Below the pieces are notes generated by a model. The model was not told where the DNA came from. It was given only the letters and a program-made list of their open reading frames with translations, and did no database searches. A program made the position numbers and the translations under genes. A stretch of 64,000 nt of DNA from a virus: the IMG/VR virus record IMGVR_UViG_3300014914_000004, positions 1 through 64,000 of that record. The stretch is one strand, 5' to 3'. Each line of letters starts with the position of its first letter. The stretch's first letter is position 1. Of this stretch, positions 46,701 through 55,395 are shown in pieces.

Positions 46701-47097
46701 TGCGCGACCCGTGTGTACCTTACGCGACTATATAGAGTTGCGGCATGGGCGAAGTATTAAGGCGCTCACTAAAGAAGGTAATGTTGTTAAAGGGATGGAT
46801 AAATCTTATTACCACGAACTTAAGTCTGGAAGAAAAGGTCCACTCAAGGGAGGGGCGACATTTTGGGGACGCATAGACGCGTACGTACAGGGACCAGGTC
46901 GCCCTGACAGCGAGACGATACAAAGAGTTACCAATATGGGAACGAGTCCAGACTATACTCCAAATCCTGATGGGAGTTGGGATATAATTACTGCAATTAA
47001 AGGGATACCCCAGACGCGCAAGAATTGGGACAGGGCGCTGAGACGGTACCGGGCGATAGTGCGCGGTGAAGGTAGGCATGCTGCACCGCAGCTGTAG
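43738..47097 (+). CDS. baseplate hub-like protein with inserted SLT lytic transglycosylase domain
   Basis: TGATG start; LVYINGIEIPV N-terminus; ISIESGF...SKTGAQGLMQL...LGIAYI; MPLNPYIVPG...GYVTKVSHS hub C-terminus. Confidence 0.7.
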   Translation: MAKDFTNYTVNMPHQAAWLVYINGIEIPVVSVDVDFGVWMIPEVRITMVPHVILQRIGYEDRLQVSVWYLDEWFAPDNPEFKIMGEFECTGWSYTNSGQSRFIQLNCRAQTQIMEQLHFYYMSAVDDMVTSLSPATGQNPNMYSQSMVYYPASLFLHGMVKKTVESVAAPAPAPAPAAAASTGGASIGGSGAAATGTPKDSATTSTSTVAEATTTTSATDALAAIPANVVAPEDFVRSPFEFISNIFKALLSEIDTDNSSPSKAAPGKIPADAASVPGRNFFARWMNFTDFRRRWAGLPFFDSPDAQTMDGCFPLIKAVQATEVLSALQQQLGQSIGQAGSMWELLKSIYTTMYMEIVTIPAPPAVSIQKGTGLLKGPIRRKKGGTVIRNGTSEFGGILHHIVKPQCIFGLPPTCNIIFPSMIKSYTFQEDYMSQPTRMYLGEKYMSNILNAGATGSPQALVGELLTTGYPPVVRERMQQYIADPKQNTKNFLVYPEELYKGPVTAQKNAPPWLWMLEQKHKAQVTAGATYTTGEWFSMSRRKVKEAIKPLVASLAGKVGIPVAHVFTVISIESGFVVNDTSKTGAQGLMQLQPFVAEVKNAAGKVIVTGRVSTIDSTYNLARKYFGWQGQPRSAINAYDPPTALKLGIAYIKFAVDCETKANGKKPNLNNPNDPGTRRVIGSYLIGATKRSPIWKLKFKPNGKAYFDPADKVKSTNNYMIENTDTRMANYTKRWEKYKDADLAPKATTASTASNPAQVEPEGEDAEPQTTEATPAEAALKAAYVPADRGSALGRLFSLYARYEYYRARFESRSGGVVMPLNPYIVPGFSAVIFDEKTSGFDTFGYVTKVSHSMSVMGGSPSMMTTVNFAFARSFSEFIKQVHSGVEEADAGTDMLNFDCAPSEPIPSVGEVFQTLTKASSLYRDLFYPGTTKETVFDWENSVDVCDLDGKALNLVGDGYVFEEGLVIKPNYRYLDEFRAADAAMFYIARPVCTLRDYIELRHGRSIKALTKEGNVVKGMDKSYYHELKSGRKGPLKGGATFWGRIDAYVQGPGRPDSETIQRVTNMGTSPDYTPNPDGSWDIITAIKGIPQTRKNWDRALRRYRAIVRGEGRHAAPQL

Positions 47098-47104
47098 GTG
47101 ATAT

Positions 47105-47803
47105 ATGTATGAGCGACAACAACAGGACCTGGATCTTTGGAGACAGTGGCGCAAAAACAATAGGCAGAAAGATCTTAGCGCACTTTTAACCCAGTTGAAT
47201 CCTGTAATCCAAAAGGAAGTGGGAAAGTGGGGATCCACTGTTCCTAAGGCAGGGTTAGAGGCCAGAGCTACGATATTGGCGGTAGACGCGCTCAAGCAGT
47301 ATGACCCTAATAAAGGAGCAGCGGTAGCTACACACGTTACTAGTAGGATTCGAAAGCTCTCTCGGCACGTATATCCCTATCAGAATGTTGCACGTCTTCC
47401 GGAGAACAAACAGCTGGAGTACAACACTTTTCAGGTAGCGAACAACCGCCTCTTAGATAACCTGGGACGGGACCCTACCGTAGACGAGCTGACGGATGAG
47501 CTTGGATGGTCTAAGAAGAAAGTAACCGCTTCGCAACAATCATTTGACCGCAAGGAAATTGTGGAGTCCGTAGGTGCGTATATGGATGATGGACAGGCGC
47601 AGGAGCCTACAGTGGATTTCTACTACCATGGCCTGGCACCCACAGATCGTAAATTATTTGAGGACATTACGGGGTACAATAACCAGAAGTCCATGTCGAA
47701 CAAAGGTATTATGCGTAAGTACGATCTTACTCAGGGGCAGGTTAGCTACCGTAAGCGTAAGTTCGTAGATGATTTACGGAATATACAGCAAGGACGGTTT
47801 TAG
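47105..47803 (+). CDS. phage-encoded sigma70-family (group 3, FliA/SigB-like) sigma factor
   Basis: Region 2 ALKQYDPNKGAAVATHVTSRIR; region 3 LGRDPTVDELTDELGWS; degenerate region 4 HTH. Confidence 0.85.
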   Translation: MYERQQQDLDLWRQWRKNNRQKDLSALLTQLNPVIQKEVGKWGSTVPKAGLEARATILAVDALKQYDPNKGAAVATHVTSRIRKLSRHVYPYQNVARLPENKQLEYNTFQVANNRLLDNLGRDPTVDELTDELGWSKKKVTASQQSFDRKEIVESVGAYMDDGQAQEPTVDFYYHGLAPTDRKLFEDITGYNNQKSMSNKGIMRKYDLTQGQVSYRKRKFVDDLRNIQQGRF

Positions 47804-49212
47804 TGCCTTTAAATCCTAACCAGCTTCAGGCTCTGTTAGACGCCGAGAATGAAAATCTCACTTCGGGACGGTACCTGGCAGACCATACTATCTTTGACGC
47901 CAATGATGGTGCAGGAGAACCTGATGATCCTAGCTGGCTTCAGATTTTAGGTGATTTCGCAGGGTACCTACAGCAGAACGTAATGGCGTTTATGAATGCC
48001 GGGACGTTAGAGACTGCAGAGATGGCGTGGCGAAAGCGCATGTTGAATTCTCAGGGATTCCCTCCGGATGTAAAAGTGCGCTATACGTACGCCGCACCTG
48101 GAGCATATGTTCCGTGGACAGGGGAAGATAATCGGGAGATTAAGCAGGTAGTACTGCACTCTTTTGGGCAGCAGTGGCATGCTTTTAAGTCAGGCGGTAA
48201 ATGGTTAGGGAAGCTAAATAATACGGCGACCCGCAGAGTGTACCGTCCATACACTGAAGGAGAAGCAGAGATCTCTGAGAGTGTGTGGATTCCTAAGGGG
48301 ACAGATCCCGCTAAAGGGTACGCTCAATGGGAACGCTTCTCGTCTGCTCTTAGAGCTGTGGTATCCGCACCTCAGCCTGTAACCGCAGTACACTATATGA
48401 TAGATCGTGCAGGTAATTTGTATGTGATGGCAGACTGTAACGATATTCTCAATTCGTCAGGAGCCCTGAGCGACACCTGTGTGTCTATTGGCCTGGAAGA
48501 AGCCTTGTACCTTCCCACTACTGAGGAAGAGGCTACGTGGCTCCCAGGAGGCACGCCTCCAGGAACCGAGGGGACGGTTCGGCATTGGGACTACTCAGCG
48601 TATCAGTACCGGACACTCGCTATTCTGATTAAGAAGCTGCAAAATGGACTCCCAACACTGCAGACCACTACACATACTACAGGGAAAACTGCAGATGCTT
48701 CCTTTACGGGATACACTATGCACGGGCATATCGCAGATTCTGCCAGCGACATTGTAGATGTTTCACCTCATTTTCAAGAAGAGAGTGACTGGGATAACTT
48801 TTTTGCCTTAGTGGAGCAGCAAGGACATGTTGATGAGTTTCTTACATGGACAAAGAAGCGTCCTGGAGTAGAGGGGCGGTTACAGTGGGTAGAGGAGATT
48901 GTCAGCTCTTTGGGCCCTGATGTGCGAGGACTAACTCAAGGTATCATGGTCAATCCCTCCGTAAATATTTTGACGGGAATACTTCGAACCCATCAGGAGA
49001 TAAATAAATCCAGAGGTGATTACCGGACAGAAGCTGCGACACGGACAGCTAACGAGAGTATAATACAGAAACAACGGCAGAGTATCGGAGTACAATTGGA
49101 TGTTGCGCAGGAGAGTCCGACCGTTGTTCCTTCTAGCTTGGAAGGGGACATAGAAGATATTACGCTGGAAGACAGCAGGAGTACTGGCGTAGACTCAGAG
49201 GGACTGTACTAA
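47803..49212 (+). CDS. N-acetylmuramoyl-L-alanine amidase (Amidase_2)-domain virion protein
   Basis: VVLHS, AVHYMIDRAG, SIGLE, HGH...D. Confidence 0.7.
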   Translation: MPLNPNQLQALLDAENENLTSGRYLADHTIFDANDGAGEPDDPSWLQILGDFAGYLQQNVMAFMNAGTLETAEMAWRKRMLNSQGFPPDVKVRYTYAAPGAYVPWTGEDNREIKQVVLHSFGQQWHAFKSGGKWLGKLNNTATRRVYRPYTEGEAEISESVWIPKGTDPAKGYAQWERFSSALRAVVSAPQPVTAVHYMIDRAGNLYVMADCNDILNSSGALSDTCVSIGLEEALYLPTTEEEATWLPGGTPPGTEGTVRHWDYSAYQYRTLAILIKKLQNGLPTLQTTTHTTGKTADASFTGYTMHGHIADSASDIVDVSPHFQEESDWDNFFALVEQQGHVDEFLTWTKKRPGVEGRLQWVEEIVSSLGPDVRGLTQGIMVNPSVNILTGILRTHQEINKSRGDYRTEAATRTANESIIQKQRQSIGVQLDVAQESPTVVPSSLEGDIEDITLEDSRSTGVDSEGLY

Positions 49213-49658
49213 TGACGTACGACATACACTTCCAACCAGTTCCAGCAGACGAGGCCAAGAGCCTTAAGGTATATACTTTCGGATTCGAAGCTGCACTAAA
49301 GGTTCGTGGTCCTCAGGCTTTGGTTAATCGTTGGGCAAAAACGTTTTTGACTCCTTTAAGTAGTGACCCTAGAGACCCTGGAGCAGGGACGGAGTTTGCA
49401 CGCATAATAGGTGGTAACTTCAGCTTGCACTCTCCTGAGATGCAGGACGTGATAGTCATTGCAATAGAAGAAGCTAACGACCAGGTACGCCAACAGGACC
49501 TGGATGGACACTATGATGCTGACGAAATGTTGGAGACGGCAACACTTAAGACGTTACAAGTGAGTTCACAAGGGGACGGCATAGATGTTTGGATTGAGAT
49601 ATACAATCGAGAGGATCAGAGGCTCACTGTCTATCTTGCGAATATGGGCACGAGGTAA
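49212..49658 (+). CDS. baseplate gp25/GpW-like protein
   Basis: LVNRWAKTFLTPLSSD..P..GT pattern; size; immediately before the J-like gene. Confidence 0.65.
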   Translation: MTYDIHFQPVPADEAKSLKVYTFGFEAALKVRGPQALVNRWAKTFLTPLSSDPRDPGAGTEFARIIGGNFSLHSPEMQDVIVIAIEEANDQVRQQDLDGHYDADEMLETATLKTLQVSSQGDGIDVWIEIYNREDQRLTVYLANMGTR

Positions 49659-49661
49659 GCT

Positions 49662-51812
49662 ATGATAGAGATTTCAGAGATTGAAGTAATAGAATCAGAT
49701 CTTGATGATGCCGAGTTGTTCCTAACTGAGTACCTTACGGAGAAAGTTCCTGACGGAAACTTTAGCCAGGGAGGGGCTATCCGGGATCTGGCTATTAAAG
49801 CTTTTGCGTATATCTATGCGTATCTGCGCGGAGAAGCAGATAGAATTGCGCTCTTACAATCTGTAATGCGCATAACCGAGGAGCTACAAGAGACCTCTGA
49901 GACTGTAACTGTGGGTGATGAGACTTACGACGTGGCTCAGGCAGTTGATGAGGTTATGTCTAACTGGTTTGTCACTCGAAGAGGAGGGACGTACTCGTAT
50001 GTTACGGGGCTCCTTCACTTCAGTGAGCGGACTACTGTTCGCATTATGAAAGACACCAAGTTCTGGAAGACAGCTGCTCTGGCGTTTTACATAGACTCAG
50101 AAGATGATCCTTATGTTGTGGCGGAGTCTTCGATGCTCCCGCGATTCGACTCAAAGGGTACGTTAATTGACTACGTGGTAGGCGTACCTTTGCGCTCTGC
50201 ACTTACAGATACTTCTTATGATGTGAATGCGGGTAAGTTTTATAAAGTTGATGCTCCAGGAGGGCTCCCTTATTTTTCTTACGCTGAAAATACTGAGAAG
50301 GCGTCAGGTGGAGAGAGCATAGAGTCCAGTGCGGATATGTTGGACCGAGCGACTACTGCGATCTCTGTTCGAAACCTGATTAATAATCGGTCCTGCGACG
50401 CCACGTTAATGGAGCTGTTCCCCGATATTACGTCTACCCTGACTATCGGGATGGCTGAGCCGGAGATGATTCGGGACAGAAAAACTGAGATTGCGCGACA
50501 CATAAGGCTCCATACTGGCGGCTGTTACGATACGTATCTGGAGATGCCCACCATCCAGGTGGAAGAGAGCGGTCCTGTCGCGGGTTTCTACCCTAGACCG
50601 GATAATATTGTAAGTGTGTTCAGGGATCCAGAGCTGACGTACGACACGGCTACTTTCGTGGCACTGGGAGTTAAGGCAGGACACATACTCTTTATCCGGG
50701 ATGGGATTGCCGGAGTTCCTCGTGGGTTTCAGATTGTTCTGGTGACTGACCACGAGCTTTACATCAGTGAGGCGGCGGCATTCCCGGAAGCGTCAGACGA
50801 GCTTTTACTGAATGAAGTGTATTATTCCATTGGATGGTTTTATCCTGATTTTAACCAGTTGGATTTCGACCCCGGACCCGGAACTCTGTACGAACGTACT
50901 GCAGCGCCGAGTGCTAATCCTTTATACGCCCACATCTCTGCAGGCACCTCTAGGCACATTAGTCGGCAGGGTGTTTTCGTTCTATCTGGGAGACCTGTAC
51001 TGGACATCATAAGTGTAGAGATTACAGACCCTGATAGCGCTGATGCGGCTATCATAGATCCATCGTCAGGTACTATTCGGTTCACCAATAGAGTAAACGC
51101 GCCGCCCATTGCAGCGTCTCTGGTAGGAACTTCACAGTATCAGCTGGAATGTATCAATCATCCAAAAGCCCAATCAGGCCAAGCAGTGTACTGTCTTAGA
51201 GTAGGGTACCTAACAAATCCCTCTAAGTTTGACGGTAAGAACCTGAAAGTAACGTACCAGTCTCTCCGGGATTTTAATGGGCCTGCTAATTGGGTAGAGA
51301 GAGTTGACGTACGTGTGTCCGCAGCGAACCATTTAGCTAAATCCAGGCACCCCATTTGGATCTCTATGACTATTCCATACAGACACAAAGCTACTGCAGG
51401 GTCTTTCCTGGATGAAGCCGATGCGGCTGAAACCGTTTCATCTTTTATAAACGATTTCGACGCAAATGACACCTTGGACATGTCGGATATAATGACAGAG
51501 CTACGTAATACGTACGACGTACTGGATGCAGTGTTTCCTTTTGACATCTACTACACATTGTATTCTGCGGATGGGCAGATTCTGACGTACAGGACAACAG
51601 ATATCGTCTCTATATTTTCTATGGTGTCTAATGGTGTAGCATTAATTAATAGTGCAGACATTGTTGTACCTGCCGAGATGCAGGAAGCGGGGATTACTGT
51701 TATTAGTACCGACGATGATTTGAGCTATTACTATTTGCTGATGGGAATATCTGATAGGACAGTAAATTACCGGACTAAAGTGTCACTCATAACATTTGCG
51801 ATGCAGGGGTAG
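49662..51812 (+). CDS. baseplate J-like wedge protein
   Basis: GGAIRDL, SNWFVTRR.G, N...ASGGESIESS..M.DR motifs. Confidence 0.7.
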   Translation: MIEISEIEVIESDLDDAELFLTEYLTEKVPDGNFSQGGAIRDLAIKAFAYIYAYLRGEADRIALLQSVMRITEELQETSETVTVGDETYDVAQAVDEVMSNWFVTRRGGTYSYVTGLLHFSERTTVRIMKDTKFWKTAALAFYIDSEDDPYVVAESSMLPRFDSKGTLIDYVVGVPLRSALTDTSYDVNAGKFYKVDAPGGLPYFSYAENTEKASGGESIESSADMLDRATTAISVRNLINNRSCDATLMELFPDITSTLTIGMAEPEMIRDRKTEIARHIRLHTGGCYDTYLEMPTIQVEESGPVAGFYPRPDNIVSVFRDPELTYDTATFVALGVKAGHILFIRDGIAGVPRGFQIVLVTDHELYISEAAAFPEASDELLLNEVYYSIGWFYPDFNQLDFDPGPGTLYERTAAPSANPLYAHISAGTSRHISRQGVFVLSGRPVLDIISVEITDPDSADAAIIDPSSGTIRFTNRVNAPPIAASLVGTSQYQLECINHPKAQSGQAVYCLRVGYLTNPSKFDGKNLKVTYQSLRDFNGPANWVERVDVRVSAANHLAKSRHPIWISMTIPYRHKATAGSFLDEADAAETVSSFINDFDANDTLDMSDIMTELRNTYDVLDAVFPFDIYYTLYSADGQILTYRTTDIVSIFSMVSNGVALINSADIVVPAEMQEAGITVISTDDDLSYYYLLMGISDRTVNYRTKVSLITFAMQG

Positions 51813-51815
51813 GTA

Positions 51816-54776
51816 ATGCCACACCCATTCGACATAGGGGACTACGGCTCTTCGTTAATGCGCGGGCTCTCAGGTTTTTGGTTAAGGTTTTTCCGGGACA
51901 CCGAGGATCTGGAGGCGTATTACCAAGCCTCAGAACAGTACCTCGGTCAGGTGTACCTGGATCTCCTCAGTAATGTATTGAGTGTGAGTGTCGTAGACAC
52001 TCCAATCTTTAATAAGGAATATTGGAAGCTATTCCTCGTGGGTGAGAACGAGATATCCTTTTCACAAGGACTGTCTGTAGCGGAGAACAGGTATCGCTAT
52101 GATATGCCTGGCCCAATTGTAGATGCTAATGTGCTGCAGAATACTATCTTCGAACCAGATATTACATTTGAGCGTGGCGTGGATTTCGACACCCAGGACG
52201 ATGATGGGTATGTACGTTTTATGGCAGATCCGTTCAGGGAGTATTTTGACATCACGGCACAGGAATGGCTCCCTCGTCCAGGGCTTGGATGGAGGTGGCA
52301 GACTATAGAGGTAGGGAACAACTTTGTAGACCTACGCAGGACAGCAGGAGAGGATTGGCGAGAGGATACTGATGTTAAGCGCGGAGATACACTCAGGCTT
52401 TTGGCTTATGCAGGAGCCCAGCAGCAGACAGGGACTACGGGACAAGTACTCTTTTTGGGAGGTACTTCGATTTTCAGAGACCTTGCTACCCCTGCAGCGT
52501 TTAACGAGACTCATGTGGGAGATATTATCCAAGTGTACGAGGACCCCTCGAGTCCTGATTACATAGGATATTACGTCGTAAAGGAGGTTAATCCTCTTTC
52601 TCCTACACAAGCTGTTCTCGAGGAAGTGTACGGTGCGCCGCAGATAACGAGTGCTGCAACGCTGTACTGGAGGCACTACAAAGGACTGTACTTTGATGCC
52701 TTCGACGAAGATTATGAGATCGATTACATTAGGAATGAGTTCCTAGTGGGAAACAGTGACGCCCCGTACACTCTACAGTACGACGCGCCCATAGTGTACG
52801 CCGTAGTCCGAGACCCCGCAGACAACGACGAGGTTGGAGTCACTCTCAGCCCATACCCTACTGCAACATTTGTGGGACATAAACATTTGGTACCTGGAAG
52901 CGTGAAGGTTTTTGCCTCCAGGAATGACGGGTTTGCTGTAGAAGAAGGGGTAGATTACACGATTGACTATTTACGGGGTACAGTACATCCCGTGCAATAC
53001 CTGTTGCCGGCACCTCCTGGAGATCTTACACAGCCTGATTGGAGCCCAACTTCTCCTATAAACAAGTGCAGCTATCAGTACAAAGAAGAGGTGTTGTTAG
53101 GGGCCGGAGGTAATGTTTCCGAGCAGACAGAAGGTCAGGTTCGCCAGATCTCACTGTGGGTTCCTGAAGTGTCCGTAGACCGTTTTCTTCTGTATGAGAA
53201 TTTCGGGTATCTCCTCAATCGCTTTGCAGCTTCGTCAGAGGCGTACAAGGCTTTCTTGAGGGGGATCATGTACCTGTACGTATCTGGTCCGATTATCTAC
53301 CGTATAAATGCAGCTTTGAATGTCGCTGCAGGCTTCCCGGTAATAAGTTCAGATGGAGAGATCCTGCTAGGGTACGATAATGGGATGTACGGGGAAGGCG
53401 CTGACGGGCAGATCTTTGCAGGTACAGACCAGTTCACGACGCCTTCGTACACGTTCACTGAGCTTGATGTTGGAGGTCACGTAGTTTTCCCTGATCCAGC
53501 TAACGACGCTAACCGGGGGAGCTTCCGCATTCTGGAGTGTATAGATGCTAATACGGTTTCTCTGGAGTCCGAGTTTGGTCTGGCCAATGAGGGTCCCCCA
53601 CTTAATTGGGAAGTTACGCGGACAAACACAAAGGTAGTGTCTACGAAGACAGCTGCGGGACGCACCAAAGACTACGTTTACCCTTACGACGTTACAATGT
53701 TGGACCTTGTATTGGACGAGGACAACTATGACGTACTGGTTTTGAATGCGTTTGACTATCTGACAGAAGCGTTCAACGTTGTTGATTATATTGAAGACCC
53801 ACAGTGGTGGGTTAACAAGTATGTTCCGGACATCCTTTGGCGCAATCAGTCGGCGGCCAGGCGTCTCGCTTCCGATGAATTGTTTCCCAACATTATCGGG
53901 GCTCCCGATGACGCACAGATAGGAGACCCTGGGCTATTTATCGGGGCCGATGACGAGGGGAATACGTACACTCCAATAGACCCGTACACGACTTTACCTA
54001 CGGATATTTATCGACACACCGCAGCATTCATGTTGTTTGATAGGTACCTTAAGTTCCATATGTTCTACATTGGGATAGACAACAGTGTGGATCTGGATAC
54101 CCAGTTCCTCGAAGATTTAGAAGAGCTCATCTTAGTAGTGAAGCCTTCATATACCTATCCCTACGTGGAACCAGGGGATGCCTTTTTTGACACAGGAACA
54201 TTGTGGGATACGTTTGTGCACCATATCACCATGGATTGGACAGGAGTCAACGGTGACAACGTTCAAGTTGCAGACGACGCCACCTGGGTAATCGGAGGTC
54301 CTTTTAGTATTGGGGACTACTTCAGATACGTAACGTATACAGGGCAGCCTACAGGGCAGCCCAGTCCTCCTGCAGCAGTCTTTACTCTTCCTGTGGGGGC
54401 AAACGAACGCGTACTGGTACTTAGGTTTAATGCTACAGTGGACGGAGGGACTCGAGAGCCCTTAGAAGGAGTGGACTACACCTTCGACTACGACCCGATG
54501 TCTCCCACTAAGTGGCAGGTCACACTGATCGGAACGTCAGTTTGGGACGGAGCTTCTATCTTGTCTTTCGAAGCATTAGTGATTGATATGACAAATATAT
54601 CATTAGGCCTTCCGAATACTGTCATAGGGTACACACCTTTGTCCGTAGGGATAACGTCTCCAGGTTACGTACGTGAAACGTTGGCACCTATCCCAAACAT
54701 CACAGAATTTGTTGATAGGGCGCTGAGCCTGCGTATTGATGCGAACTATCCGATGGGTGTATCCTATACTTATTAA
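51816..54776 (+). CDS. large baseplate wedge protein (GpI/gp7-like)
   Basis: LYENFGYL...YKAFLRG...GP; ILVVKPSYT; EGVDYT repeats; position after J. Confidence 0.6.
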   Translation: MPHPFDIGDYGSSLMRGLSGFWLRFFRDTEDLEAYYQASEQYLGQVYLDLLSNVLSVSVVDTPIFNKEYWKLFLVGENEISFSQGLSVAENRYRYDMPGPIVDANVLQNTIFEPDITFERGVDFDTQDDDGYVRFMADPFREYFDITAQEWLPRPGLGWRWQTIEVGNNFVDLRRTAGEDWREDTDVKRGDTLRLLAYAGAQQQTGTTGQVLFLGGTSIFRDLATPAAFNETHVGDIIQVYEDPSSPDYIGYYVVKEVNPLSPTQAVLEEVYGAPQITSAATLYWRHYKGLYFDAFDEDYEIDYIRNEFLVGNSDAPYTLQYDAPIVYAVVRDPADNDEVGVTLSPYPTATFVGHKHLVPGSVKVFASRNDGFAVEEGVDYTIDYLRGTVHPVQYLLPAPPGDLTQPDWSPTSPINKCSYQYKEEVLLGAGGNVSEQTEGQVRQISLWVPEVSVDRFLLYENFGYLLNRFAASSEAYKAFLRGIMYLYVSGPIIYRINAALNVAAGFPVISSDGEILLGYDNGMYGEGADGQIFAGTDQFTTPSYTFTELDVGGHVVFPDPANDANRGSFRILECIDANTVSLESEFGLANEGPPLNWEVTRTNTKVVSTKTAAGRTKDYVYPYDVTMLDLVLDEDNYDVLVLNAFDYLTEAFNVVDYIEDPQWWVNKYVPDILWRNQSAARRLASDELFPNIIGAPDDAQIGDPGLFIGADDEGNTYTPIDPYTTLPTDIYRHTAAFMLFDRYLKFHMFYIGIDNSVDLDTQFLEDLEELILVVKPSYTYPYVEPGDAFFDTGTLWDTFVHHITMDWTGVNGDNVQVADDATWVIGGPFSIGDYFRYVTYTGQPTGQPSPPAAVFTLPVGANERVLVLRFNATVDGGTREPLEGVDYTFDYDPMSPTKWQVTLIGTSVWDGASILSFEALVIDMTNISLGLPNTVIGYTPLSVGITSPGYVRETLAPIPNITEFVDRALSLRIDANYPMGVSYTY

Positions 54777-54816
54777 AGCGTGTGTGGTATTGTAGTCGAA
54801 ACATAAAGAGGGTTAA

Positions 54817-55383
54817 ATGCAGTTACCTAAAGATTACCTACAGTTATACGGACGACTACAGGTCCGGATATACGACGTAAAGAGCGGTAGGAAAGACCTC
54901 AAACTACGCTTCACTAAAATGAATCAGATTGTTAATGGAGGGCGTGACATGGTTCTGGAGATGCTGGCACAGATTGCTGGCGACCCAGGCCCCCAAGGAA
55001 ACCCTTTCTGGAACAATGTCTGGTCCCTAAGTGCGGGGGAAGATCCTACTCCTGCTATGGTAACTCAGACCCAGCTCGGTTCTCCTGTGTGGACAGGGCA
55101 GCTAACCCCTGCAACAGAGCGGGCGTACAATCCTGCACTGTATGAGCTGAATGTTTTGAAGGAGTTTCCTGCAGGTACCGGGACAGGCGCAGTGCTTACT
55201 GAAGCTGGTATTTTTGTGCGAGGACAGTTTGATGACCCTACTGCAGCAGGTGTTGCTACCTGGGAAGCGATTCCCGGGAGAAGAATGTACGCAAGACAGA
55301 CGCACCCCGCAGTTACTAAGGGTGCAACAATGGCAATAGTATACGACTGGCATCTTGGGATGACAGTTCAATCTTCCCCATAA
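54817..55383 (+). CDS. baseplate/tail-fibre attachment protein (DUF3751-like)
   Basis: NQIVNGGR...LTEAGIF...MYAR...K...VYDW. Confidence 0.6.
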   Translation: MQLPKDYLQLYGRLQVRIYDVKSGRKDLKLRFTKMNQIVNGGRDMVLEMLAQIAGDPGPQGNPFWNNVWSLSAGEDPTPAMVTQTQLGSPVWTGQLTPATERAYNPALYELNVLKEFPAGTGTGAVLTEAGIFVRGQFDDPTAAGVATWEAIPGRRMYARQTHPAVTKGATMAIVYDWHLGMTVQSSP

Positions 55384-55395
55384 AGGAGATGGTCG

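Noticed and set aside
3302-51818. Genome-wide TAG reassignment suggested by in-frame TAG junctions (3304, 12358, 14232, 14937, 32340, 51812)
   Set aside because: Only about a third of TAG-ending genes are in frame with the next gene, as expected by chance. Several TAGs overlap an RBS, and ORFs over 1000 aa are uninterrupted in code 11.
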